Shown here piece by piece: positions 44,518 through 55,014 of a stretch of DNA of 64,000 bases. The stretch comes from an uncultured delta proteobacterium. Its GTDB lineage: Bacteria > Desulfobacterota > Binatia > DP-6. Both the position numbers and the translations under genes were made by a program. The notes under the pieces are model-generated. The model searched no databases. It was not told the DNA's origin and saw only the letters and a list, made by a program, of their open reading frames with translations. The stretch lies in contig CAWFFN010000007.1 of the NCBI GenBank assembly GCA_963815115.1, positions 1,120,001 to 1,184,000 on the forward strand. The letters run 5' to 3'. Within the stretch, counting starts at the first letter, position 1, and each line of letters begins with the position of its first letter.

Positions 44518-44841
44518 ATGCCGGGATTCCTACTGCATGTCGGTGCGCAGGTGCAGTGCGCACATGCCGGTCAGGCGCAACCGACCGTCCCGAACCCGCG
44601 CGTGCTGGTCAGCGGGCAGCCCACCGTGACCATCACCGGGCCCTACGTCGTCGCGGGATGCACGCTGCCGCCGCCGCCGGCTGCCAATGGCCCCTGCGTC
44701 ACCGCACAGTGGATGACCGGCGCCACGCGCGTCCTGTCCAACGGCCAGCCGCTGTTGCTGCTGGACAGCCAGGCCCTGTGCGCTCCGACCGGCACCCCTT
44801 TGCTCATCGTGGTGACCCAGACGCGCGTCACCGGCATGTGA
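44518..44841 (+). CDS. PAAR-like spike tip protein
   Basis: VQCAHAG, GCTLPP..PCVTAQW and RVLSNGQP; follows gp5. Confidence 0.75.
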   Translation: MPGFLLHVGAQVQCAHAGQAQPTVPNPRVLVSGQPTVTITGPYVVAGCTLPPPPAANGPCVTAQWMTGATRVLSNGQPLLLLDSQALCAPTGTPLLIVVTQTRVTGM

Positions 44842-44848
44842 GGCTCCG

Positions 44849-45211
44849 ATGAACATCGATTTCCCCTTTCATTTTGACGCCCGGGGCTGCACGGCCACCA
44901 CTGATGACGATGACCACATTCGCGACATGATCGAGGAGTTTCTCTTCACGAGCTCCGGCGAACGCGTGAACCGCCCGGACTTTGGCAGCGGCCTCCTGCA
45001 GATGGTGTTCGCCCCCAACAGCCCAGAGCTCGCCGCGACGCTGCAGTTCACCATCCAGGCCGGGCTCCAGCGGTGGCTCGGCGACGTCATCGACGTGCAA
45101 AAGCTGGAGGTGACCAGTGAAGATTCGACCCTGCGCATCATCGTCCAGTACGTCGTCCGGGGTACGAGCGAGCAGCGCACCGAAACGTTCGTGAGCGGCG
45201 GATCGGCATGA
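44849..45211 (+). CDS. GPW/gp25 baseplate protein (Afp9)
   Basis: LFTSSGERVNRPDFGSGL. Confidence 0.93.
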   Translation: MNIDFPFHFDARGCTATTDDDDHIRDMIEEFLFTSSGERVNRPDFGSGLLQMVFAPNSPELAATLQFTIQAGLQRWLGDVIDVQKLEVTSEDSTLRIIVQYVVRGTSEQRTETFVSGGSA

Positions 45212-47865
45212 GTGGCCCCTCTCTCGCTTGCCAGGACGAACGGCGACGCAGAAGCGCCCGCGAATCGGGCCGAAGCGGCATTGACTACGTCGAAGTGCAT
45301 GACGTCGCTCAGCTCACGCTCTGCGTCCACCTGTTCGGCCCGATCCCCGAGCGGATCGATGCGGCGAGCGTCCGCATCGAGGGGGGGCGCCGCATCCGCG
45401 ATGTCCGGGTCATCGACGTGGAGCTCGACCACCCGCCCGACACCGACGCCGATCCGTGCGTCCTGGTCAGGGTCAACAAGGCCGGAGACTCGCTCTACAC
45501 CCTCGCGCTCGTCGAGGCGAAGGATGGCCGGCCTACAGACACCCCGTTGACCGGCTTCGATCCGCGGTATGCCCGCGTCCAGTTCAGCTTCAAGGTGGAC
45601 TGCCCGAGTGATCTGGACTGCAGGACCGACCCGGTATGCCCGCCGGCCGTGCGCGACGAACCGGAAATCAACTACCTGGCCAAGGACTACGGCAGCTTCC
45701 GCCAGCTCATCCTCGATCGCCTCGCGCTGGTCATGCCGGGGTGGAGAGAGCGCCATGTGCCGGATATCGGCATCGCGCTGGTCGAGCTTCTCGCGTATGT
45801 CGGCGACCACCTCAGCTACTATCAGGACGCCGTCGCGACCGAGGCATATCTCGACACGGCCCGGCAGCGCATTTCCGTGCGCCGCCATGCGCGGCTGGTG
45901 AACTACCAGCTCCACGAGGGCTGCAACGCCCGCGCCTGGGTGACCGTGTGGACGGATCAGGACGTCATCGACCCGTCGCTGAAGCTGCGGGACATCCACT
46001 TCACCACCGGCGACGGCGATGGCGCGCGCGAGGTGTTCGAGCCGCTGCCCACCACGACCGATACGCCGCTCGAGCTCTACGTCGCGCACGACACGATCTC
46101 CTTCTACACGTGGGGCGACGAGGAGTGCTGCCTGCCGCGCGGTGCGACCGCGGCGACGCTCAAGGACGGCTGGCGAGTCGAGGAACACCCTGCACCGGAG
46201 CAACCTCCTGCAAGCGCGCAGAGCGTCCCGCCGCAGCCAGCCGCCGGGGAGTGCCCGGCGCCCGCTCCGGAGCCACCGCAGCCGCCGCGCAGCCTTCGCC
46301 TGAAGAAGGGTGACGTCCTCATCTTCGAGGAAGTGATCGGTCCGAAGACGGGTGACCCCGCGGATGCCGATCCAACCCGCCGCCATGTCGTGCGCCTGGT
46401 GAAGGTCACGCCGGGCGAGGATCCCCTCTTCAAGCAGGCGATTCCCGGATCCGAGGAAGAGTGGCCAACGCCCATCCTGGAGATCGAGTGGGCCGCCGAG
46501 GATGCGCTGCCATTTCCCTTGTGCATCTCTGCCAGGCTGCCCGCACCAGAATGTACGTTCGTTGAAGACATCAGCGTCGCCCACGGCAACGTCCTGCTGG
46601 TCGATCACGGCCGGACGCTCGAGCCCGAGCCGCTCGGCCAGGTGGGAGTCCGGACGGTCGTCGGGCAGTGCGAGTGCGAAGGCAGCCCGGTCGATTTCGC
46701 GTATCTGCCCGAGCCGTTTCGTCCCGACGCGCTCGAGCAAGTCCCCCTCACCTACCGCCAGAGACTCCCACACGGCTCACCGCCGGCTCGCGATCTGCTC
46801 GATCAGGATCCCCGCAAGGCGCTGCCCCAGATCACGCTCACCGGATTGCCCGGCACCTGTCCCGAGCCCGGAGATACGGGAGAACCGACACCGCGCGAAG
46901 GAATCGATCCCGAAGATCCGGAGTGGAGCTGGATCCCGCAATCCGACCTCCTGGCCAGCCGGAGCCAGGACCAGCACTTCGTCGTGGAGACGGACAACGA
47001 CGGCGCTGCCCATCTCCGCTTCGGCGACGGCGAGCTGGGTCGAATGCCCGACGCCTGCATGATCTTCACGGCACGCTATCGGGTGGGAAACGGACCGGCA
47101 GGCAACGTCCCTGCAGACACCATCACCGAAGCGGCCTTCCGCTCGACGACCGTCAGCGGCCCGACGCTCCGGCCGCGCAATCCACTGCCGGCGCGCGGTG
47201 GCACCGCGCCCGAGCCGACAAGCGAGGCCAAGCTGTTTGCGCCGCGGGCATTCCAGAAGACACTCCGACGGGCGATCACCGCCGACGACTACGCTCGGCT
47301 GGCCGAGCGCAATCCAAGGGTCGAGATACAGCGCGCGGGAGCGTCGCTGCGCTGGACGGGCAGCTGGTACGCCGCGCAGGTCGCGATCGACCCGCTCGGC
47401 AGCGAGACCGCGGCCCGCCAGCAGCTCGACCAAAGCGCCGGCTATCTGCACCGCTACCGGCGTGCCGGTCATGACCTGGAAGTACGGCCTGCGCGCTACG
47501 TCCCGCTGAAGATCGAGTTGGCCGTCTGCGTCCTGCCCCACTATCTGCGCGGGCACGTCGAGGCGGCATTGCTCGAGGTCCTCGGCACGCACGACCTCGC
47601 CGACGGCCGGCGCGGCTTCTTCCATCCCGACAACTTGACGTTCGGCGAGGGCATCTACCTCAGCAAGCTCCTCGCGGCCGCACAGGCCGTGACCGGCGTG
47701 GAGAGCGTCCGGGTGACCACCTTCCAGCGTCTTGGCGAAGGCGACAACGGAGAGATCGACAACGGAATCTTGCCGCTCGGTCCCTTCGAGATCGCACAAT
47801 TGGACAATGACCCCAGCTTCCCGGAACACGGCACGCTGAAGTTGACGATGGGAGGCGGGCGATGA
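45208..47865 (+). CDS. Baseplate J-like protein (Afp11)
   Basis: YLAKDYGSFRQL, LSYYQDAVATEAYLDTA, LRFGDG, YRVGNG and RAITADDY. Confidence 0.92.
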   Translation: MSGPSLACQDERRRRSARESGRSGIDYVEVHDVAQLTLCVHLFGPIPERIDAASVRIEGGRRIRDVRVIDVELDHPPDTDADPCVLVRVNKAGDSLYTLALVEAKDGRPTDTPLTGFDPRYARVQFSFKVDCPSDLDCRTDPVCPPAVRDEPEINYLAKDYGSFRQLILDRLALVMPGWRERHVPDIGIALVELLAYVGDHLSYYQDAVATEAYLDTARQRISVRRHARLVNYQLHEGCNARAWVTVWTDQDVIDPSLKLRDIHFTTGDGDGAREVFEPLPTTTDTPLELYVAHDTISFYTWGDEECCLPRGATAATLKDGWRVEEHPAPEQPPASAQSVPPQPAAGECPAPAPEPPQPPRSLRLKKGDVLIFEEVIGPKTGDPADADPTRRHVVRLVKVTPGEDPLFKQAIPGSEEEWPTPILEIEWAAEDALPFPLCISARLPAPECTFVEDISVAHGNVLLVDHGRTLEPEPLGQVGVRTVVGQCECEGSPVDFAYLPEPFRPDALEQVPLTYRQRLPHGSPPARDLLDQDPRKALPQITLTGLPGTCPEPGDTGEPTPREGIDPEDPEWSWIPQSDLLASRSQDQHFVVETDNDGAAHLRFGDGELGRMPDACMIFTARYRVGNGPAGNVPADTITEAAFRSTTVSGPTLRPRNPLPARGGTAPEPTSEAKLFAPRAFQKTLRRAITADDYARLAERNPRVEIQRAGASLRWTGSWYAAQVAIDPLGSETAARQQLDQSAGYLHRYRRAGHDLEVRPARYVPLKIELAVCVLPHYLRGHVEAALLEVLGTHDLADGRRGFFHPDNLTFGEGIYLSKLLAAAQAVTGVESVRVTTFQRLGEGDNGEIDNGILPLGPFEIAQLDNDPSFPEHGTLKLTMGGGR

Positions 47866-50800
47866 GCGTCCCTTGCGGCTGCTGCGCGGGAACGGAGGTG
47901 CTCACGCCGCTGACGACGGCGAACCGGCCGGGCCTGCCGGCTCTGTCGTACCGCGTCGGGACGCACGCCACCTTCCTCGAGACGATGAAGGCGCGCCTGT
48001 CGAGCTTCTACCTGGAGATTCCCGAGGACGCACTGGATGCGTTCGGCCGGCAGAAGCTTTCCCGGATCTATCCCCTGCGCGACCTGAAGACGCGTTCGCC
48101 GGACGATCCCGCCATCGCCTGGCTCGATGCGTGGGCCACGGTCGGCGCCGTGCTGACCTTTTATCAAGAGCGCCTGGCCAACGAAGGCTACTTGCGCACC
48201 GCCACGGAGCGCCGCTCGATTCTCGAGCTGGCGCGGCTGATCGGTTACGTCCTCCGCCCCGGCGTGGCCTCGACCGTGTACCTGGCCTACAGTCTGGACG
48301 AAGACCGGTCCGTCACGCCGCCAAAGCCGACCGCCGTCACCATTCCGGCCGGCGCGCGCGCGCAGAGCGTCCCCGGACCCGGTGAGCTGCCGCAGTCGTT
48401 CGAGACCGCCGATAGCCTGGATGCGCGGTCGCCGTGGAACAATCTCCAGGCGCGACTCACCCAGCCCCAGACCGAGGACTCGATCGAGAATCGAGAGGAC
48501 CTCGACCCGGACATGCTCGGCCCGCGCATCTACTTGAAGGGCATCGGCACCAATCTGAAGCTCAATGATCCCCTGCTCGTACAGTTCGGCACCGACGATC
48601 CCGTGCTATTTCGCGTCCTCGACGTGCAGCCCGATGCCGCCGCGGACCGGACGCTCGTCCGGCTCGAGGAATGGACCGCACAGCCGGCGACAGCCGCGCT
48701 CGCCCAGGCTGTCGGGGAGAGCCTGGGGCGCTACCGGCTGGCCGTGCAGACCCTCAACGTCGGCAACCTCAAGATCGTCAAGAGCATAGCGCCAGCGTTG
48801 CATGCTCTCGAAGCCCACCTCACCACGGCGCAACCGGTCGAAACCCTGATGACGAGCGTCCAGACGCTGACGACCATCGTCAGTTCGCAGCTGCCCGCCG
48901 CCCGGAAGCACGCGCGTCATGCGCAACTCGTGCCGTTGCTCGACGGACTCGCCCTTGAGCTCGGTGGCGCGACACAGCTTCTCGCTACATCCAAATCGGG
49001 CGCGGCCCCCGGCGCTTCCGCAACCTCGAAGGCCGTCATCGACCGCAACGAGTTGCTCGGGCCCCTGCTGAAGCCGGCCTCGGTGCCGCCCGCGAGCTCC
49101 GCGGTCCTCGGCCGCGATCCCAGGGAGGCCTTCGTGGCGAAAGCCGACACCGGGCTTCAGCTGCTCGGCGCATTGCAGCCCCGCCTGAGCGACGCGCTCC
49201 CGGTCGCGCTTGCGAACGCGAAGACGACACCGTCGAGCACGATCAAGGCGTTCGCGTTCCGCGTGAAGTCGGCGCCGTTCGGCAACGGCGCGCCCAAACG
49301 CACGAGGTTCGACCGGAAGAGTGATGAGGTGGCGGTGATTGGCGAGTGGCCCATCCAGGAGTGGACCGTCGTCCCCAATCCAGACGGCGCGACGATTACG
49401 GACGCGCTGCCTCATGAAGAACCCGGCGTTCTGTACCTCGAGGCAAGCTACGACGGCATCATGGCAGGCAGCGTCTCGAATCCCAGCTGGATCGTGATTG
49501 ATGCCGGCGCCTGGACGATGCCGACAGCCGGGTCGTTCCGCGTATCACCGGAGAACCTTCCGAAGCTGGTTACGACGGCCGTTGACGTGAAGGCCGGCGT
49601 GTCCCGAGCCGACTACGGTATTTCTGGCAAGACGACCCGGATCAAGCTGGGGGATCCCTGGCTGCGCATCGACACGACGGAGCCGGACACGTCCGTGCAG
49701 CTTCAGGACCTCTACGACAACGACTTTCGCGTTCTACGTGCGTTGACGATCTACGCCCAGAGCGAGGAGCTCCTACTCGCCGAGGAACCGATCACGGACG
49801 ACGTCTGCGGCGGCAAGAAGGACCCGATCGAGCTCGACGGCTTGTACGACGGGCTGAAGTCCGGCCGCTGGCTCATCGTCTCGGGCGAGCGCACGGACAT
49901 CGAGAACGACGCAGGAGTCACGGTGCCCGGGGTGAAGGCCAGCGAGCTGGTCATGATCGCCAAGGTCACGCAGGACGTGAAGAGCGTGAATGCGGGAGTG
50001 GGCAGCGACACGGGCGAGGACGTGATGGAGGTGCTCCCCGGGGACAGGATTCACAGCTTCGTCTACCTCGCGGAGGACCTCGCCTATTGTTACAAGCGTG
50101 ACACCGTCACGGTCTACGGCAATGTCGCGAAGGCGACCCATGGCGAGACGCGTAGCGAGGTGCTCGGGGGTGGGGATGGCAGCAAGTCGCTGCAACAGTT
50201 CCCCCTGCGCCAACCGCCGCTGACCTTCGTCCCCGCGCCCAATCCGGCGGGGGTGGACAGCACACTACAGGTGCGCGTCAACGATGTGCTCTGGCACGAG
50301 ACGGACAGCCTGGCCGCATTGCTGCCGACCGATCGCAACTTCATCACGCGCACGGACGACGACGGCAAGACGAGGGTGATCTTCGGCACCGGCACGCACG
50401 GGGCGCGCCTGCCCACCGGGCAGGAGAATGTGAAGGCGGTCTATCGCAACGGCATCGGCAAGCCGGGCAACGCCAAGGCCGACCAGATCAGCCTGCTGGC
50501 GACGCGGCCGCTCGGAGTCAAGGCCGTCACGAACCCGATTCGCGCCTCCGGCGGTGCCGACAAGGAGAGCCGCGATCAGGCACGCCAGAACGCCCCCCTG
50601 GCGGTGATGGCGCTGGATCGACTGGTCTCGACACAGGACTACGCCGACTTTGCCCGCACCTTTGCCGGGATCGGGAAGGCCAGCGCCACGCGGCTCTCGG
50701 ACGGTCACCGCCAGCTCGTGCACGTCACGATCGCCGGCGCCGACGACATTCCCATCGAGCCCTCCTCGGACCTGTATCGCAACCTGCTCAAGGCACTGCG

Positions 50801-51281
50801 CGCCTTCGGCGATCCGTACCTGCCAGTCCGGGTCGACGTGCGCGAGCTCCTCGCGCTGGTCATCAGCGCGAACGTCCAGGTCCTTCCCGACTACCAGTTG
50901 GAGACGGTCGAGCCGCTGATCCGCGCAACCCTCCTCGACACGTTCGGCTTTCAACGCCGCGACCTGGGACAGAACGTCTACCTGAGCGAGGTCGTCGCGA
51001 CGATCCAACGGGTCACCGGCGTAGCCTACGTCGACGTGGACGTCCTCAGCAGCATCTCGGAAACCGAACTCTCCACGCCCGCCCTCCTCGCCGAGAAGCT
51101 GCAGGCCCTGACCGCGAGCTCCAAACCGGAGTCCTGCGTGCCCGTCTACCTGGCGGAAACGGCCGCGCAAGCGCAGCAACACAGACCCACGTCTCCCGGG
51201 ACCACGATCTACCCCGCTCAGCTGGCGTTCCTCATTCCCGATGTGCCTGCCACGCTGATCCTCAACGAGGTGCAGGCATGA
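47862..51281 (+). CDS. Baseplate J-like protein (Afp12)
   Basis: LTFYQERLANEGYLRTA, VYGNVAKATHGET and DRLVSTQDY. Confidence 0.92.
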   Translation: MSVPCGCCAGTEVLTPLTTANRPGLPALSYRVGTHATFLETMKARLSSFYLEIPEDALDAFGRQKLSRIYPLRDLKTRSPDDPAIAWLDAWATVGAVLTFYQERLANEGYLRTATERRSILELARLIGYVLRPGVASTVYLAYSLDEDRSVTPPKPTAVTIPAGARAQSVPGPGELPQSFETADSLDARSPWNNLQARLTQPQTEDSIENREDLDPDMLGPRIYLKGIGTNLKLNDPLLVQFGTDDPVLFRVLDVQPDAAADRTLVRLEEWTAQPATAALAQAVGESLGRYRLAVQTLNVGNLKIVKSIAPALHALEAHLTTAQPVETLMTSVQTLTTIVSSQLPAARKHARHAQLVPLLDGLALELGGATQLLATSKSGAAPGASATSKAVIDRNELLGPLLKPASVPPASSAVLGRDPREAFVAKADTGLQLLGALQPRLSDALPVALANAKTTPSSTIKAFAFRVKSAPFGNGAPKRTRFDRKSDEVAVIGEWPIQEWTVVPNPDGATITDALPHEEPGVLYLEASYDGIMAGSVSNPSWIVIDAGAWTMPTAGSFRVSPENLPKLVTTAVDVKAGVSRADYGISGKTTRIKLGDPWLRIDTTEPDTSVQLQDLYDNDFRVLRALTIYAQSEELLLAEEPITDDVCGGKKDPIELDGLYDGLKSGRWLIVSGERTDIENDAGVTVPGVKASELVMIAKVTQDVKSVNAGVGSDTGEDVMEVLPGDRIHSFVYLAEDLAYCYKRDTVTVYGNVAKATHGETRSEVLGGGDGSKSLQQFPLRQPPLTFVPAPNPAGVDSTLQVRVNDVLWHETDSLAALLPTDRNFITRTDDDGKTRVIFGTGTHGARLPTGQENVKAVYRNGIGKPGNAKADQISLLATRPLGVKAVTNPIRASGGADKESRDQARQNAPLAVMALDRLVSTQDYADFARTFAGIGKASATRLSDGHRQLVHVTIAGADDIPIEPSSDLYRNLLKALRAFGDPYLPVRVDVRELLALVISANVQVLPDYQLETVEPLIRATLLDTFGFQRRDLGQNVYLSEVVATIQRVTGVAYVDVDVLSSISETELSTPALLAEKLQALTASSKPESCVPVYLAETAAQAQQHRPTSPGTTIYPAQLAFLIPDVPATLILNEVQA

Positions 51282-53590
51282 CCCGGCCTGACCGCCTGTA
51301 CGAGTTGCTGCCAGTCGTCTATCGACTGCGCGACGCGCGGCAAGGCTACCCGTTGCGGGGCCTGCTCCAGGTGATCGCCGAACAGGTGGACGTGGTCGAG
51401 CGTGACATCGCGCAGCTGTACGAGAATTGGTTCATCGAGACCTGCGAAGACTGGGTGGTGCCGTACATTGGCGACCTGATCGGCTATCGCCCGGTGCACG
51501 AAGCCGGCGAGCCAGGCGACCCGCGTCTGCCGCAAGGGCGCGCGTTGAACAAGATACTCATCCCGCGCCGCGAGATCGCCGGGACGATCGCCCATCGGAG
51601 TCAAAAGGGTGCGCTGGCGCTGCTGGAGCTGCTCGCCAACGACGTGGCGGGCTGGCCGGCGCGCGCGGTCGAGTTCTACAAGCGGCTCGGCTGGACCCAG
51701 CACCTCGATCATCAACGGCCACACCGCGGAGGAACCATCGACCTGCGGCACACCGGGGCGCTGGACGTCCTCGATGGACCGTTCGACGGGTTCGCGCACA
51801 CGGTGGACGTGCGCCGCGTCGATGCTCACCGGACGGTCGGCCGCTACGACATCCCCAGCATCGGCGTCTTCGTCTGGCGATTGAGATCATACTCGGTCGG
51901 CTGGAGCGACGCAGAGGCAAACGAGTGGAAATCACCGGTCGGTCTCACGGCAGCGAGCTGTGTCGAGGAGGCAGGCCCGCATTGCTACACCTTCAGCGTG
52001 CTCGGCAACGACACGCCGTTGTACAATCGCCCGCAGCCCGAGAGTGACCCGACCCACATCGCAGGCGAGCTGAATCTCCCGACTTCGATCCGCCGCCAGG
52101 CGTTTGCGAAACGCGTGGCCAATGGCGGATCGGACTACACGGAAGCTTCGCCGGCGTACTACGGTCCGGGCAAGAGCGTGGCGGTCTGGGCGCCCGATTG
52201 GCCGAAGAAGGGTGCCGAGCAGCCGGTTCCGGCGACCAGCATCATCCCGGCCAACCTGAGCGGCTGGCACTATCAATCCCCACGTAACCACCTCGCCATC
52301 GATCCGGAGACGGGGCGCATGGTCTTCCCCGGCACGCAATTGCCGAGGCAGGGCGTGCGGGTCGTCTACCACTATGCCTTCAGCGCGGACATCGGCGGTG
52401 GCGACTATGAGCGGACACTGTCGCAGCCGATCGATCACAAGCTGTACCGGGTAGCCCAGGGCAAGGAGGGCTACTTCGACAGCATCAAGGCGGCGCTGGA
52501 CCAATGGGCGCACGACAAGGCGGGACTTGCTCCGCCCGCACCGGCGGCCGGGGATTCGACGCTACTCTCCGCAGTCATCGAGATCGCGGACAGCGCCGTG
52601 TACACCGATGCGCTCAACCTGCGGCTGCAGGTGAACGAGAGCCTCCAGATTCGCGCTGCCAATCGCGTCCGGCCCATCGTCCGCCTGCTGGACTACATGG
52701 CAGACATGCCCGATGCCCTGAGCATCGGTGGCGACAAGGGCAGCCGCCTGACGTTGGACGGATTGCTGATCACGGGCCGTGGCGTTCAGGTGTCGGGGCC
52801 GGAGGTCGATCCCGACGGCGCAGAGCCCGAACGCCCTGGCGATTTGTGCACCGTGACGATCCGCCACTGCACGCTGGTACCGGGCTGGGCCCTGCACTGC
52901 GATTGCGAGCCAAAACGATCCACCGAGCCGAGCCTCACGCTCCTCAGCACCGGCGCGCACGTCGTCATCGAGCACAGCATCGTCGGGGCGATCGAGGTCA
53001 CCGCTGACCACGCGACCACCGACCCGGTGCGCATCGACGTCAGTGACAGCATCTGGGATGCCACCAGCGACGAGCGGGATGCATTGAGCGGGCCCGATTG
53101 CGCCACCGCCTATGCCCGCCTCTGCATCGTGCGCAGCACGGTGCTCGGGCGGATCGCGCCCCATGAAATATCCCTGGCGGAGAACTGCATCTTCAGCGGC
53201 CCGATCCGAGTCGCACGCCGTCAAACGGGCTGCCTGCGCTTCTGCTACGTCCCGCCCGACTCGCGCACTCCGCGCCGCTACGAATGCCAGCCCGACCTCC
53301 TGGACCGGGCGGTCGAGGAACGCTTCCCCGCCGGCTCGGCGCGCGAACGGGCGAGGAGCAACGAGCGACTGCGCGTGGAGCCCGAATTCAACAGCACGCG
53401 CTACGGCACGCCGACGTACTGCCAGCTCGCAGACACCTGCGCCGAGGAGATCAAGCGCGGCGCCGAGGACGAGTCGGAGATGGGCGCGTTTCACGACCTG
53501 TATCAGCCACAGCGGGCCGCCAATCTGCGCGCCCGCCTCGACGAGTACACGCCCGCCGGAATGGACGCGGGCATCATCTACGTAGACTGA
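51278..53590 (+). CDS. Phage P2 tail-I-like baseplate wedge protein
   Basis: LYELLPVVYRLRD, FIETCEDWVVPYIGDL and LDEYTPAG. Confidence 0.85.
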   Translation: MTRPDRLYELLPVVYRLRDARQGYPLRGLLQVIAEQVDVVERDIAQLYENWFIETCEDWVVPYIGDLIGYRPVHEAGEPGDPRLPQGRALNKILIPRREIAGTIAHRSQKGALALLELLANDVAGWPARAVEFYKRLGWTQHLDHQRPHRGGTIDLRHTGALDVLDGPFDGFAHTVDVRRVDAHRTVGRYDIPSIGVFVWRLRSYSVGWSDAEANEWKSPVGLTAASCVEEAGPHCYTFSVLGNDTPLYNRPQPESDPTHIAGELNLPTSIRRQAFAKRVANGGSDYTEASPAYYGPGKSVAVWAPDWPKKGAEQPVPATSIIPANLSGWHYQSPRNHLAIDPETGRMVFPGTQLPRQGVRVVYHYAFSADIGGGDYERTLSQPIDHKLYRVAQGKEGYFDSIKAALDQWAHDKAGLAPPAPAAGDSTLLSAVIEIADSAVYTDALNLRLQVNESLQIRAANRVRPIVRLLDYMADMPDALSIGGDKGSRLTLDGLLITGRGVQVSGPEVDPDGAEPERPGDLCTVTIRHCTLVPGWALHCDCEPKRSTEPSLTLLSTGAHVVIEHSIVGAIEVTADHATTDPVRIDVSDSIWDATSDERDALSGPDCATAYARLCIVRSTVLGRIAPHEISLAENCIFSGPIRVARRQTGCLRFCYVPPDSRTPRRYECQPDLLDRAVEERFPAGSARERARSNERLRVEPEFNSTRYGTPTYCQLADTCAEEIKRGAEDESEMGAFHDLYQPQRAANLRARLDEYTPAGMDAGIIYVD

Positions 53591-53607
53591 ACGAGTCGGA
53601 GGCGCAC

Positions 53608-55014
53608 ATGAGCAACGGCAGTCGACCGAGCGGCCAGGGAGACTTCAGGGGTGACTTCACCCGCGATACATTCGATGCCGCGAAGCGCTTCAGCCGCGTT
53701 TTCATGCAACAGGGCCGCGTTCAGCTCGATGCCGACTGGAACGAGCAGACGTCCATCGTCTTGCACTACCTGCGCTCATTGGCGGCCGATTTGATCGGCC
53801 AGCACGGCGGCCCTGGGGATAGCTTCAAACTCGACACGGTCGTGGTCACCGATGGGACCCTCACCTTCACCGTGACGCCGGGTCGCTACTACGTCGATGG
53901 CATTCTGTGTGAGGCCGGCGACCCCTTCGTCATCGACGAGGCGAGCGTGACGCAGGGTACCAATCTGGTGTTTCTCGACGTCTGGGAACGGCACGTCACC
54001 AGCAACGAAGACCCCGACATCTCCGAGGTCGCGCTGGGCGGCCCCGACACGACGACGCGCGCACAGGTCGTCTGTCACCTCACGGTGCCGACCCTCACGG
54101 ACGACCAGAAGAATGCACTCAAGGCCGCCGATACGGACGCGAAGCTGCGCGCGTTTGCTGACTCGGTACTGGGTGATCTGGGGTCATTCACAAAGCCCAC
54201 CTTGCGCGCCCGGGCGAAGGTCGCCCAACCAATCGAAGCGTGTCACATCTCACCCGAGGCGCAGTACCGCGGCGCGGAGAACCAACTCTACCGCGTCGAG
54301 ATTCACCATGGCGGCGCGGCATGGGATGGGACCATGGACACGGAGAAGGCCCAACCCGTGTTCACCGACGCGACCGCTACCTTCAAGTGGTCACGCGACA
54401 ACGGCTCCGTCGTCTTTCCGGTGCTCGCCCTGAAAGGCAAATCGGTCACGCTGGCCAACCTCGGACGTGACCATCGCCGCACTCTGACCATAGGTGACTG
54501 GGTCGAGGTCGTGGATGACGATCTCGCGTCGCGGGGCCAGCCCGGGGAGCTACGGCAGATCAAGGACGTCAAGACTGACGAGATGACCGTCACGCTGAAT
54601 GAAGAGGTGGATCAGAGCTACGACGAGGCCAGCACGACACATCCTTTGCTTCGCCGCTGGGATCACTCGACCTCGGACGCCCAGCCCGCGGACGGGGCGC
54701 TGCTGTTCAAGGAAGCCGCGGGCGAGGATGACGGCAACTGGATCACGCTGGAGGACGGCGTGCAGATTCAGTTCGCCACCTCCGACGCTGGGGCTCTCTA
54801 CCACGCCGGCGACTACTGGCTCATTCCGGCCAGGGTGGCGACGGGTGACGTCCTGTGGCCCAAGGTTCAGACCGGTGACAAACAGGTCGCGGATGGGAGG
54901 GCACCGCATGGTGTCGAGCATCATTACGCCCCGCTGGCAATCATCGACGTCGCCGGCAGTACGATCAACGTCATCCTCGATCTCCGTCGTACGTTCCCTC
55001 CGCTCGCCACATGA
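53608..55014 (+). CDS. DUF6519-family CIS protein (short form)
   Basis: GDFTRDTF..QQGRVQLDADWNEQ, ENQLYRVEIH, FKWSRDNGS and GDYWLIPAR. Confidence 0.85.
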   Translation: MSNGSRPSGQGDFRGDFTRDTFDAAKRFSRVFMQQGRVQLDADWNEQTSIVLHYLRSLAADLIGQHGGPGDSFKLDTVVVTDGTLTFTVTPGRYYVDGILCEAGDPFVIDEASVTQGTNLVFLDVWERHVTSNEDPDISEVALGGPDTTTRAQVVCHLTVPTLTDDQKNALKAADTDAKLRAFADSVLGDLGSFTKPTLRARAKVAQPIEACHISPEAQYRGAENQLYRVEIHHGGAAWDGTMDTEKAQPVFTDATATFKWSRDNGSVVFPVLALKGKSVTLANLGRDHRRTLTIGDWVEVVDDDLASRGQPGELRQIKDVKTDEMTVTLNEEVDQSYDEASTTHPLLRRWDHSTSDAQPADGALLFKEAAGEDDGNWITLEDGVQIQFATSDAGALYHAGDYWLIPARVATGDVLWPKVQTGDKQVADGRAPHGVEHHYAPLAIIDVAGSTINVILDLRRTFPPLAT